Positions 15,965 to 24,437 of a stretch of 43,772 nucleotides of DNA are shown here, one piece after another. Position 1 is the stretch's first letter. Each line of letters begins with the position of its first letter. The DNA comes from Gemmatimonadota bacterium (lineage in GTDB: Bacteria > Gemmatimonadota > Gemmatimonadetes > Gemmatimonadales > GWC2-71-9): positions 1-43,772 of the forward strand of contig JANMWE010000272.1 of the NCBI GenBank assembly GCA_031393795.1, written 5' to 3'. Under the pieces are notes generated by a model, which had not been told where the DNA came from, made no database searches, and saw only the letters and a program-made list of their open reading frames with translations. The position numbers were made by a program, and so were the translations under genes.

Positions 15965-17812
15965 TCAAGCGCTCTCCGCGCGTGCCGCCGCCCGGGCGGC
16001 CTTCTTGCGGTCCGTGGCCTGCAGCATCCGCTTGCGCAGCCGGATGACCGCCGGAGTGATCTCGATCAACTCGTCCTCCTCGATGTACTCCAGCGCGTAC
16101 TCCAGCGTGATCTGGCGCGGCGGCTCCAGGATCACGTTGTCATCCGACGCGGTGGTCCGCATGTTGGTGAGCTTCTTCTCCTTGGTGACGTTCACGTCCA
16201 TGTCCCCCGGACGCGAGTTCTCCCCCGCCACCAATCCTTCGTACACTTCGTCGCCCGGCTTGACGAACATCTGGGCCCGCTCCTGCAGTCCGCCCAGGGC
16301 GAACGCCACCACCTGCCCCTCGCGGTCGGCCACGAGCACCCCGCGCTTCCGCCCCGCGAGCGGTCCGGCCCATCCGCCGTACTCCAGGAACCGGTGGTGC
16401 ATGATCCCGGTGCCCCGGGTATCGGTCAGGAACTCCGACCGGTAACCGAAGAGCCCGCGCGCCGGGATCCGGAACGACAGCCGCACGGTCCCGTGCCCCG
16501 CATTCCTCATCTCCATCATCTCGGCGCGGCGCGGCCCCATCTTCTCCATCACGACGCCCATGAACTCTTCGGGCACGTCGATCATCAGCTCCTCGTACGG
16601 CTCCAGCCGCTCACCGTTGGGGCCTTCCTTGGTGATGACCCGCGGCCGCGACACCTGGAACTCGAACCCCTCGCGCCGCATCGTCTCCATCAGGATGCCG
16701 AGGTGCAGCTCCCCCCGGCCGCTCACGGTGTGGGTGTCGGGGCTGTCGGTCTCCTGGACCTTGAGCGCCACGTTCCGCTCCAGCTCCCGGAAGAGCCGGT
16801 CCCGCACCTGGCGGCTGGTGACGAACTTGCCGTCCTGGCCCGCGAAGGGCGAGTTGTTCACCACGAAGTCCACCGAGATGGTCGGCTCCTCGACCGCGAT
16901 GCCGGCCATCCGCTCCGGAAAGTCGATCGCCGTGAGCGTCTTGCCGATCTCGATCCCGTCGAACCCCGCCATCACAACGATGTCCCCCGCCGAGGCTTCC
17001 TGCACCTCGATCTTGGTCAGGCCATCGAAGGTCATCAGCTTGGTGATGCGGCTCCGGGTCACCTCACCCTCGGCCACCATCCCCGGCTCGCCCAGCGGCA
17101 GCAGCCCGACGGCATCGCCGACCTTGACCGTCCCCCGCTCGATCCGCCCGATCCCCATCCGCCCCACGAAGTTCGAGAAGTCGAGGGTCGAGATGAGCAT
17201 CTGGAACGGCCCGTTCGCGTCGCTCTTCGGCGGCGGGACGTAGTCCAGGATCGTCTGGAACAGCGGCGCCAGGTCGGGCCCCGGCTGGTCCAGCTCCATC
17301 GTGGCGGTCCCGTGACGGCTGGACGTATAGAGGAACGGTGCGTCGAGCTGCTCGGGCGTGGCGTCGAGATCGATGAACAGCCCCAGGACCTCATCGTGCA
17401 CCCGGAGCGGTTCGGCGTCGGACCGGTCGATCTTGTTGATCGCGACGATCGGCCGGAGCCCCAGAGCCAGCGCCTTCCGGGTCACGAACCGCGTCTGCGG
17501 CATCGGCCCTTCGGCGGCGTCCACCAGGATCAGTACCCCGTCGACCATCCGGAGGATCCGCTCCACCTCACCACCGAAGTCGGCGTGCCCGGGAGTGTCG
17601 ACGATGTTGATCTTGACCCCGTGCCAGGTCACGGCGGTGTTCTTGGCCAGGATGGTGATCCCCCGCTCCTTCTCGAGCGGGTTGGAATCCATGACGCGCT
17701 CGTCGACATGCTGGTTGGCCCGGAACGCCCCCGCCTGCCGGAGCATCTGGTCCACCAATGTGGTCTTGCCGTGGTCGACGTGCGCGATGATCGCGATGTT
17801 CCTGATTTCCAC
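15965..17812 (-). CDS. typA: Translational GTPase TypA/BipA
   Basis: 615 aa with a GTG start. Contains IRNIAIIAHVDHGKTTLVD, DTPGHADFGGEVER and NKID, with full-length BipA architecture. Confidence 0.95.
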   Translation of the reverse strand: MEIRNIAIIAHVDHGKTTLVDQMLRQAGAFRANQHVDERVMDSNPLEKERGITILAKNTAVTWHGVKINIVDTPGHADFGGEVERILRMVDGVLILVDAAEGPMPQTRFVTRKALALGLRPIVAINKIDRSDAEPLRVHDEVLGLFIDLDATPEQLDAPFLYTSSRHGTATMELDQPGPDLAPLFQTILDYVPPPKSDANGPFQMLISTLDFSNFVGRMGIGRIERGTVKVGDAVGLLPLGEPGMVAEGEVTRSRITKLMTFDGLTKIEVQEASAGDIVVMAGFDGIEIGKTLTAIDFPERMAGIAVEEPTISVDFVVNNSPFAGQDGKFVTSRQVRDRLFRELERNVALKVQETDSPDTHTVSGRGELHLGILMETMRREGFEFQVSRPRVITKEGPNGERLEPYEELMIDVPEEFMGVVMEKMGPRRAEMMEMRNAGHGTVRLSFRIPARGLFGYRSEFLTDTRGTGIMHHRFLEYGGWAGPLAGRKRGVLVADREGQVVAFALGGLQERAQMFVKPGDEVYEGLVAGENSRPGDMDVNVTKEKKLTNMRTTASDDNVILEPPRQITLEYALEYIEEDELIEITPAVIRLRKRMLQATDRKKAARAAARAESA

Positions 17813-17986
17813 CTAAACCTTGCCTTCTCAACGTCTTGCGCCGACCTGGGCCGCGCGACTCGCGACCCCCGGAGGGCGTGCTGGCGGCATATATAGACGC
17901 CCCCCGCCCCTACCGCAACCCGAGCGGCCGGCCCCGGAGCGGGATCTTCCCGTCGGTGACCGAAAAAGCGCACCCGTCCGGGTCGA

Positions 17987-19273
17987 TCATTCCTGCCGCA
18001 GCCGCACCCGGACTGCCTCCGCGTGCCCCGCCAATCCCTCCGCCTCGGCGAAGGCGACAATGGCGGGGCCGTCGCGTTCGAGGGCCGCCCGGGAGTAGCG
18101 GATGATGCTGGTCCGCTTGATGAAGTCGTGCACGCCGAGGGCGGAGGCGAACCGCGCTGTCCCGGCGGTCGGGAGGACGTGACTCGGTCCCGCGTAGTAG
18201 TCTCCCACCGGCTCGGGGGTCGAATCCCCCACGTAGATCGCGCCGGCGTTCCGGATCCGGTCCGCCCACTTCTCGGCGTCGGCCACGAGGAGCTCAAGGT
18301 GCTCCGGCGCGCGCAGGTCGGAGACCCGGCAGGCCGTTTCCAGGTCGGGGACCACCACCAACAGACCCTGACGCTGGAGGGCCGCCCGCGCGATCGCCGC
18401 ACGGGGGGTCTTCGCGAGGGCCACCTCCAGCGCCGCGGGCAGGGCGTCGGCCAGCCCCGGGCTCGAGGTGACGCACCAGGCCGTGGCCGATTCGTCATGT
18501 TCCGCCTGGGCCACGAGGTCGGCAGCCACGTGTGCGGGGCGCGCGGTGTGGTCGGCGATGATCAGCACCTCGGTCGGCCCTGACACCATGTCGATCCCGA
18601 CCAATCCCGTGAGCTGCCGCTTCGCCTCCGCCACCCACCGGCTCCCGGTCCCCACGATCTTGTCGACCCGCGGGATCGTCGCGGTGCCGAAGGTCAATGC
18701 GGCGATCGCCGGCGTCCCGCCCACCCGGTAAAGCCGGTCGACACCGGCCAGGAGACAGGCCGCCAACACCGAGTCGGTCACCCCACCCGGCGGCGTCACC
18801 GCCACGACCTCCCGCACTCCGGCGACCTTCGCCGGGATGGCATTCATGATGACGCTCGAGGGGAATGACGTGGAGCCTCCCGGGATGTAGAGCCCCACCC
18901 GCTCGATCGGAGACACCCGCATCCCGAGCTGGGTCCCGTCGAGCAGGGTGTAACGGTACCCCTCATCACGATGGCGGTCGTGGTAGTCCTTCACCCGGCG
19001 CGTGGCCTCGGCCAGCGCCCCCTGCAGCAGGGGCGGGAGCCGCTCGAAGGCGTCGGCCCATCCCTCCCGCGGCACCTCCCACTCGGCGGGGGTGAGGGTC
19101 ACGTGGTCGAGCCGCGAGGCGTGCTCCACCAAGGCGGCATCACCCCGTGCGGCGACGTCGGCGATGATCTGTTCGACCTCGCGTCGGACCTCCACGGCCG
19201 CGACCGCGCGGGCCGGGAGATGGGGAGTCAGGAGGTCGAACGGCGGGGCGGAGAGTCGGCGCAGCATGTGCAC
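17987..19273 (-). CDS. hisD: Histidinol dehydrogenase
   Basis: 428 aa. HisD blocks present: YIPGG...FPSSVIMNAIPAKVAGV, IDMVSGPTEVLIIAD, AQAEHD and GDYYAGPSHVLPT. Confidence 0.95.
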   Translation of the reverse strand: MHMLRRLSAPPFDLLTPHLPARAVAAVEVRREVEQIIADVAARGDAALVEHASRLDHVTLTPAEWEVPREGWADAFERLPPLLQGALAEATRRVKDYHDRHRDEGYRYTLLDGTQLGMRVSPIERVGLYIPGGSTSFPSSVIMNAIPAKVAGVREVVAVTPPGGVTDSVLAACLLAGVDRLYRVGGTPAIAALTFGTATIPRVDKIVGTGSRWVAEAKRQLTGLVGIDMVSGPTEVLIIADHTARPAHVAADLVAQAEHDESATAWCVTSSPGLADALPAALEVALAKTPRAAIARAALQRQGLLVVVPDLETACRVSDLRAPEHLELLVADAEKWADRIRNAGAIYVGDSTPEPVGDYYAGPSHVLPTAGTARFASALGVHDFIKRTSIIRYSRAALERDGPAIVAFAEAEGLAGHAEAVRVRLRQE

Positions 19274-19310
19274 CCCATTCGGTGGGCGGAACGGTTAATT
19301 TCTCGGCATC

Positions 19311-20642
19311 ATGGAACCCTCAAGCACGGCCACTACGGGCTCGGTCGGACTCGGACTCCTCTCTGTCGTAGTGCTCGTGGTGGCGAACGCCTTCTTCGTC
19401 GCCGCCGAGTTCGCACTGGTCGGGTCCCGGCGGTCGCGGCTGGAGGAGCTGATCCAGCAGGGCGAACGCAAAGCTATCCTCGCGCGCCGGGCGGTTCAAT
19501 CGCTCGGCCGCTACATCTCTGCCACCCAGCTCGGGATCACCCTGACCTCGCTCGGCCTCGGCTGGAAGGGGGAGCCGGCCCTGGCCAGGGTGGTGAGCGG
19601 GGCGTTCGACTATCTCCCCGAGCTGGTGCGTCCCTGGGCGACACATTTCACGGCCGGGCTGCTCGCGTTCTCGGCGATCTCCCTCCTTCATATCATCCTC
19701 GGCGAGCTCGTCCCCAAGGCGGTCGCGATCATCTATCCCGAGACCGTCGCGATCTGGGCCATCTATCCCCTCACGGGGTTCGTCTGGGTGATGACGGTCC
19801 CCGTGATGTTCCTGAACCGGACCTCGAACGCACTGCTCAACGTGCTCGGCATCAATCCTCCGGGCGAGAGCGAGCGGCTCCACTCTCCCGACGAACTCCG
19901 GATGCTGGTGGGGCAGAGCCAGGAAGGGGGCTCGCTGGACGAGCAGGACGCGCGGCTGCTGGAGGGGGTGTTCGAGTTCGGCGAGAAGACCGCGCAGGAC
20001 GTGATGACGCCGCGCACCCGGATGATCGCGCTCGAGGCCGACTCGAGCGTCCAGCGCGCGGCGGCGGTGATCGCGACCGCGGGGCGGTCACGCTATCCCG
20101 TGTATGCCGACACCCTCGACGACATCGTCGGGGTGGTGCACGCAAAGGCCATCCTCGTGGCCCTGCGCGAGGACCCCACCCGCCTCCTGAAGGATGCGGT
20201 CCGTCCGCCGCTGTTCGTGCCGGGCACGCGCAAGATCGAGGACGTGCTCGCCGACATGAAGCGGCAGCGGACCCACCTCGCGGTGGTCCTCGACGAGTAT
20301 GGCGGCACCGCCGGCCTGGTGACCATGGAGGATCTCCTCGAGGAGATCGTCGGGGACATCGAGGACGAATACGACCGCGCCGACCGCCCCGCGCCCCAGC
20401 CGGATGGTGCGGCCATCCTCGACGGCGGGCTCCCGCTCACCGACCTTCCCGACAAGGCGGGGATCGAGATCGAGGACGAGAACTACACCACCCTCGGCGG
20501 CTACCTCTTCGGGCGGCTCGGACGGCTTCCCAAGCCGGGCGATCAGGTCCTGGTGGCCGACCGGACCTTCGAGATCACCGAGATGGACGGGCGGCGGGTG
20601 AAGAGCGTGCGGTTGCTCCCCCCTGGAGCGAAACACAAGTAA
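19311..20642 (+). CDS. CNNM/CorC-family membrane protein (DUF21 + CBS pair + CorC_HlyC domain)
   Basis: 443 aa. The DUF21 N-terminus has FFVAAEFALV and ATQLGIT. A CBS pair region and a C-terminal transporter-associated domain follow. Confidence 0.9.
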   Translation: MEPSSTATTGSVGLGLLSVVVLVVANAFFVAAEFALVGSRRSRLEELIQQGERKAILARRAVQSLGRYISATQLGITLTSLGLGWKGEPALARVVSGAFDYLPELVRPWATHFTAGLLAFSAISLLHIILGELVPKAVAIIYPETVAIWAIYPLTGFVWVMTVPVMFLNRTSNALLNVLGINPPGESERLHSPDELRMLVGQSQEGGSLDEQDARLLEGVFEFGEKTAQDVMTPRTRMIALEADSSVQRAAAVIATAGRSRYPVYADTLDDIVGVVHAKAILVALREDPTRLLKDAVRPPLFVPGTRKIEDVLADMKRQRTHLAVVLDEYGGTAGLVTMEDLLEEIVGDIEDEYDRADRPAPQPDGAAILDGGLPLTDLPDKAGIEIEDENYTTLGGYLFGRLGRLPKPGDQVLVADRTFEITEMDGRRVKSVRLLPPGAKHK

Positions 20643-20752
20643 CGAGGGGTGAGTGCAAGGGGCGAGTTGGCACGGAAGCGATGAGCGCGAAAGGGATGGA
20701 CCCATTCGCGCTTGTCGCTTTCCACCCGCTCGCGACTTGCACTCGCACCTCG
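20643..20752. repeat. PAL-A1: 110-bp imperfect palindrome filling the convergent corC/pdxA gap; homologous to PAL-A2
   Basis: The left arm CGAGGGGTGAGTGCAAGGGGCGAGTTGGCACGGAAGCGATGAGCGCGAA pairs with the reverse complement of the right arm, CGAGGTGCGAGTGCAAGTCGCGAGCGGGTGGAAAGCGACAAGCGCGAA. The apex is ATGGACCCAT. It abuts both stop codons. Confidence 0.7.
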
Positions 20753-21661
20753 CTACTGCTTCCGCGCCAGCGCGACCGCCAACTCGAGTGCTTTTCGCAT
20801 GCTGCGCGCGCTGGCGACACCCGTCCCCGCGATATCGAACGCCGTCCCGTGATCGGGGCTCGTCCGCACGAACGGGAGCCCGAGCGTCACGTTCACCGCC
20901 TCACCGAAGCTCGCCACCTTGATGGCGGTCATCCCGATGTCGTGATAGGGGGCGAGCACCACGTCGAATTCTCCGGCCATCGCGCGCACGAACACGGTGT
21001 CGGCGGGCAGCGGGCCCGCCGCGCCGAGCAGGGCCGCCGCGGGGCGGAGGATCCGCGCCTCCTCGTCGCCGAAGAGCCCGCCCTCGCCCGCGTGCGGATT
21101 GAGGGCGCAGAGCGCGAGGCGCGGCGCGGCGATGCCGAACCGGTCGCGGAGCGCCGCCGCGGTGATCTTCCCGGTCCGGACGATCTTGTCGGTCGTGAGC
21201 AGGATCGGTACATCGCGGAGCGGCACGTGGGTGGTGACCAGCACCACCCGGAGCCGGTCGGACGCGAGCATCATGACGGTCTCGGCGCCGCCGGCTAGGG
21301 CGCCGAGCCATTCGGTGTGGCCCGGGTAGGTAAAGCCGGCGAGGTGACAGGCCCGCTTCTCGATGGGGGCGGTGACCACTCCGTCCACTGCGCCCTCCCG
21401 CGCGAGCCGGGCCGCCGCCTCGATCGCGTGGCCGGCGAGCTTCCCCGCCTTCATCGTGCGGGCGCGGTCCTCCGGACGCTCCCCGACCCCGCCCTCCCAA
21501 CGACCGACGCCGACCTTCCGGGTGACCGGGAGGTCGGCGATCAGGTCTTCGGGGCCCACGACGGTGATCTCCGCGTCGAGCGGCGCGGCCAAGGCCGCGC
21601 GGACGATCTCTGGGCCGATGCCGCGCGGGTCGCCAAGCGTCACCGCGAGGCGCGGCGTCAC
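20753..21661 (-). CDS. pdxA: 4-hydroxythreonine-4-phosphate dehydrogenase
   Basis: GTG at 21661 overlaps the surA-like stop (GTGA). Begins LAVTLGDPRGIGPEI. Also has HTEWL, NPHAGE and GLPFVRTSPDHGTAFDIAG. The track start at 21844 is an over-extension. Confidence 0.9.
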   Translation of the reverse strand: MTPRLAVTLGDPRGIGPEIVRAALAAPLDAEITVVGPEDLIADLPVTRKVGVGRWEGGVGERPEDRARTMKAGKLAGHAIEAAARLAREGAVDGVVTAPIEKRACHLAGFTYPGHTEWLGALAGGAETVMMLASDRLRVVLVTTHVPLRDVPILLTTDKIVRTGKITAAALRDRFGIAAPRLALCALNPHAGEGGLFGDEEARILRPAAALLGAAGPLPADTVFVRAMAGEFDVVLAPYHDIGMTAIKVASFGEAVNVTLGLPFVRTSPDHGTAFDIAGTGVASARSMRKALELAVALARKQ

Positions 21662-22992
21662 GGCCGGTGGAGCTCCGCGTTGGTGGCCGTCGCCCGGATG
21701 TCGATATAGGCCAGCCGGCGGAGCCGCACCATGTACTGCTTGAGCGCCAGGTCCTGTCCCACCCGGATCCGGAGCTGGTCGCGCACATCTTCGAACCGGA
21801 GCGGTCCGGCCGCCCGCTTCTGGGTCACCACGGCGAACGCCCACTTGCTGCGGAGCGTGTCGGGCGCCGCCAGCCGGAAGACCGGCGTGAGCGCCCCCGA
21901 ATCGGCCGCCACCACCGGCGCGTACGACGGCGGGAGCTGGTCGACCGGGAAGAGGTCGAAGGTCCGCTCCTCATCGGGATCAGAATAGGCCCGCTGCAGC
22001 GAATCCATCGGGGCCCCCGCCGCCACCGCCGCGCGGAGTCGTTCCGTCAACGCCCGCGCGCTGTCGGCCTCGGCCTGGCTGATGACCGGCATGATGAGGA
22101 TGTGGCGGGCGTTGACCTCGGTCGGCTGCACCCGCATCACCTGGATGATATGGTAGCCGAACGGCGACTCGACCGGGTCGGAAATGGTCCCCGGCTTGAG
22201 CACGAATGCCACCGCGTCGAACGCGCGCACCATCTGGCCGCGCCGGAACCATCCCAGGTCCCCGCCCTGCGCGGCGGAGCCGGAGTCCATCGAGAAACGG
22301 TGCGCGGCGACCGCGAAGTCGCCCCCGGCCCGCAGCGCCTGGGCGATCGAGTCGGCCAGCGCACGAGCGGCCGCCTTGGCCGCGGCCGATGGATGGGGCG
22401 CGATGACCAGCTGGCGGAACGCCACCGCGGCCGGGCTCTGTCCCCGGTCCGCGGCGCGGTCGAAGTAGTCGCGGAGCTCGCGCTCCGTCGGCACCACCGG
22501 CTTCAGCGCCCCCTTGGACTTGGCGTGCTCGAAGTACTTGCTCTGCAGGATGCGGCGCCGCTGCTGGTCCGACAGCCAGCGGCGGTATTCCTCCGGCGTG
22601 CCGAACCCCGCCTGCTGGAGTTCTTTCCGGAAGTCGATCTCGGTGGTGAAGCCCCGCCGCACCTCGCGGTAGCGATTCTCCACGGCGTCGGCCACTTCGT
22701 TGTCGGTCACGACGATGGTGGTGTCGCGCGCGGCCAACTGGACCACCACTTCCTGGTCGATCAGGTCGTTCAGGACCTGCGCGCGGTACGCGGCCGTGTC
22801 GCGCGGGATCGCCTGGCCACCCTGTTGGCGGCCGAAGATCTCTTCTTGCAGCTGCGACTCGAGGATCGGGGCGTTCCCCACGACCGCGACCACACGGTCG
22901 ACGGCGTCCCCCTGCGCGGCCACCGGTGCCGCGCCCGCGATGAGCGCGGCCGCGAAGGCCACGCCCGCCAGGAAGCGACGGCCTGGCCGCAT
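21658..22992 (-). CDS. surA: SurA-like periplasmic chaperone / parvulin-type PPIase
   Basis: Signal peptide, then a SurA_N-like region (VDRVVAVVGN.PILES.L). The parvulin domain has GGDLGWF..GQMV..FD and GYHIIQV. Gene order surA-pdxA matches enterobacteria. Confidence 0.8.
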   Translation of the reverse strand: MRPGRRFLAGVAFAAALIAGAAPVAAQGDAVDRVVAVVGNAPILESQLQEEIFGRQQGGQAIPRDTAAYRAQVLNDLIDQEVVVQLAARDTTIVVTDNEVADAVENRYREVRRGFTTEIDFRKELQQAGFGTPEEYRRWLSDQQRRRILQSKYFEHAKSKGALKPVVPTERELRDYFDRAADRGQSPAAVAFRQLVIAPHPSAAAKAAARALADSIAQALRAGGDFAVAAHRFSMDSGSAAQGGDLGWFRRGQMVRAFDAVAFVLKPGTISDPVESPFGYHIIQVMRVQPTEVNARHILIMPVISQAEADSARALTERLRAAVAAGAPMDSLQRAYSDPDEERTFDLFPVDQLPPSYAPVVAADSGALTPVFRLAAPDTLRSKWAFAVVTQKRAAGPLRFEDVRDQLRIRVGQDLALKQYMVRLRRLAYIDIRATATNAELHRP

Positions 22993-24437
22993 CAGCGGCC
23001 CCCGCCCTGCGGCGGCGTGACCTGCGGCAGGGCCGACGGCGGACCGGGCATCGCCCGCGGTTGTGGCCCGGCCTGGGTGCTGTCCCGCCGCGCCAGCGCC
23101 AGCTCCGCCGCCCGCGCGATGCCGGCGGTGTTCAGCCGGTACGGGAGCCGGTCGCGCAGGTACCAGGTCATCGGACCCGGGATGGCCCGCGCCGGGGCCT
23201 CGCGCCGGAGCAGCCGGGCGATGTAGCTCGAGACCTGGAGCTGGGCCGCCTTCTCGCGGTCCGCGAGGCTCGCCGTGCTGTCGGCCACGTCGGCCGTGAC
23301 GCCGATGGTGTAGCGCAGGGTGTCGAGCGTGGCCAGGAAATTGGCTCGGAGGAAGGCGTTCTCTTCGGGCGCCAGCTTCGCGCCGTTGGCCTTCGCGTCG
23401 TCGATGAGGAGGATGTTCTGCGTCAACGCCCGGACGAACCCGGTCATCTGGGTGTCCGTCGCGCTCTTCAGCTGCGCCACCATCTGCGGCGGCATCGATC
23501 CGGTCCAGCGGAGCATCTCTCGCACGGTGAGTGCGCCGCCGTCGTAGGTGGCCAGTGACTTCGTGGACCGGCGTCCCCCTTCCGGGTCATCCAGCGCGCT
23601 CCGGAGGGTGGCCGGGGCCCCCGACTTCACCTTGAGGTGACGCGACGTGCCGAGGCTGTCCATATAGAGCGAGTCGAGCCGACGCCCCGCGCTGTACTCC
23701 AGGTATTCCTGGAGCTGGGCGCGCACCTCCGCCAACGGGGGACGACGGATCACGTGGAAGCCGAACGGAGAGTTCACCACGCCGGAGATCTCACCGGGGC
23801 GGAGCGTCCAAGCGGCGCTGTCGAACGGCGTCACGTACGCGCCCCGCGGGGCCGCGTGCATCAGGCCGCCGGTCTGCTTGCTCGCGTTATCGTCGGTGTA
23901 CTGACGTGCCAGGGCGCCGAAGTCGGCACCGGCACGGGCGCGGGCCAGGATCCCGGCCACCTTCCGCTGCGCGATGGCCCGGTCGGCGGGGGTCGCCTGC
24001 GGGGCCACCTTCACCAGGATGTGCTGCATCACCCGCACGGCCTGCGAATCGGACGCCCCGTACAGGCTGTCGATCGCCGCTGGCGAGAACGCGGTCCGCC
24101 GGGCCATCAGGGTGTCGTGCCAACGAGTCCCGATCGCCTCCGTGATCTCGGGCCACATCACTTCGGCCACGGCGGTGGAGTCGGTCTTGAGGACCCCCGT
24201 CACGACCGCATTGCCGAACAGCTGGTAGTCCACCCAGACGTTGGCGATGAATTCCGCCGTCTCGGGGGTGAGCCGGGCGCCCTTGGCCTCGAGCATCAGG
24301 CTCGCGAGCGAATCGGCGGTGAGCGTGTGCCCGGCGGCCTCGGCGGCGACGTTGGCGTGGGCGCTGAAGAGATCCTTCATCCCCGAGCACCCCGTGAGGG
24401 CGAGGACGAGCGTCAGGCACGGCAGAATGCGGCGCAT
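22992..24437 (-). CDS. Lipoprotein with a parvulin-type PPIase domain (PpiD/PrsA/SurA-like)
   Basis: Lipobox LALTGC|SG. The parvulin block is DFGALARQYTDD...GGLM...FD.AAW.L.PGEISGVV.SPFGFHVI. Its stop overlaps the surA start (TGATG). Confidence 0.8.
   Translation of the reverse strand: MRRILPCLTLVLALTGCSGMKDLFSAHANVAAEAAGHTLTADSLASLMLEAKGARLTPETAEFIANVWVDYQLFGNAVVTGVLKTDSTAVAEVMWPEITEAIGTRWHDTLMARRTAFSPAAIDSLYGASDSQAVRVMQHILVKVAPQATPADRAIAQRKVAGILARARAGADFGALARQYTDDNASKQTGGLMHAAPRGAYVTPFDSAAWTLRPGEISGVVNSPFGFHVIRRPPLAEVRAQLQEYLEYSAGRRLDSLYMDSLGTSRHLKVKSGAPATLRSALDDPEGGRRSTKSLATYDGGALTVREMLRWTGSMPPQMVAQLKSATDTQMTGFVRALTQNILLIDDAKANGAKLAPEENAFLRANFLATLDTLRYTIGVTADVADSTASLADREKAAQLQVSSYIARLLRREAPARAIPGPMTWYLRDRLPYRLNTAGIARAAELALARRDSTQAGPQPRAMPGPPSALPQVTPPQGGGR

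Noticed and set aside
17889-17897. ATATATAGA / TATATA box as the typA promoter
   Set aside because: It is AT-rich and stands out, but it lies about 80 nt from the GTG start with no supporting -35 and no data, so I did not annotate it.
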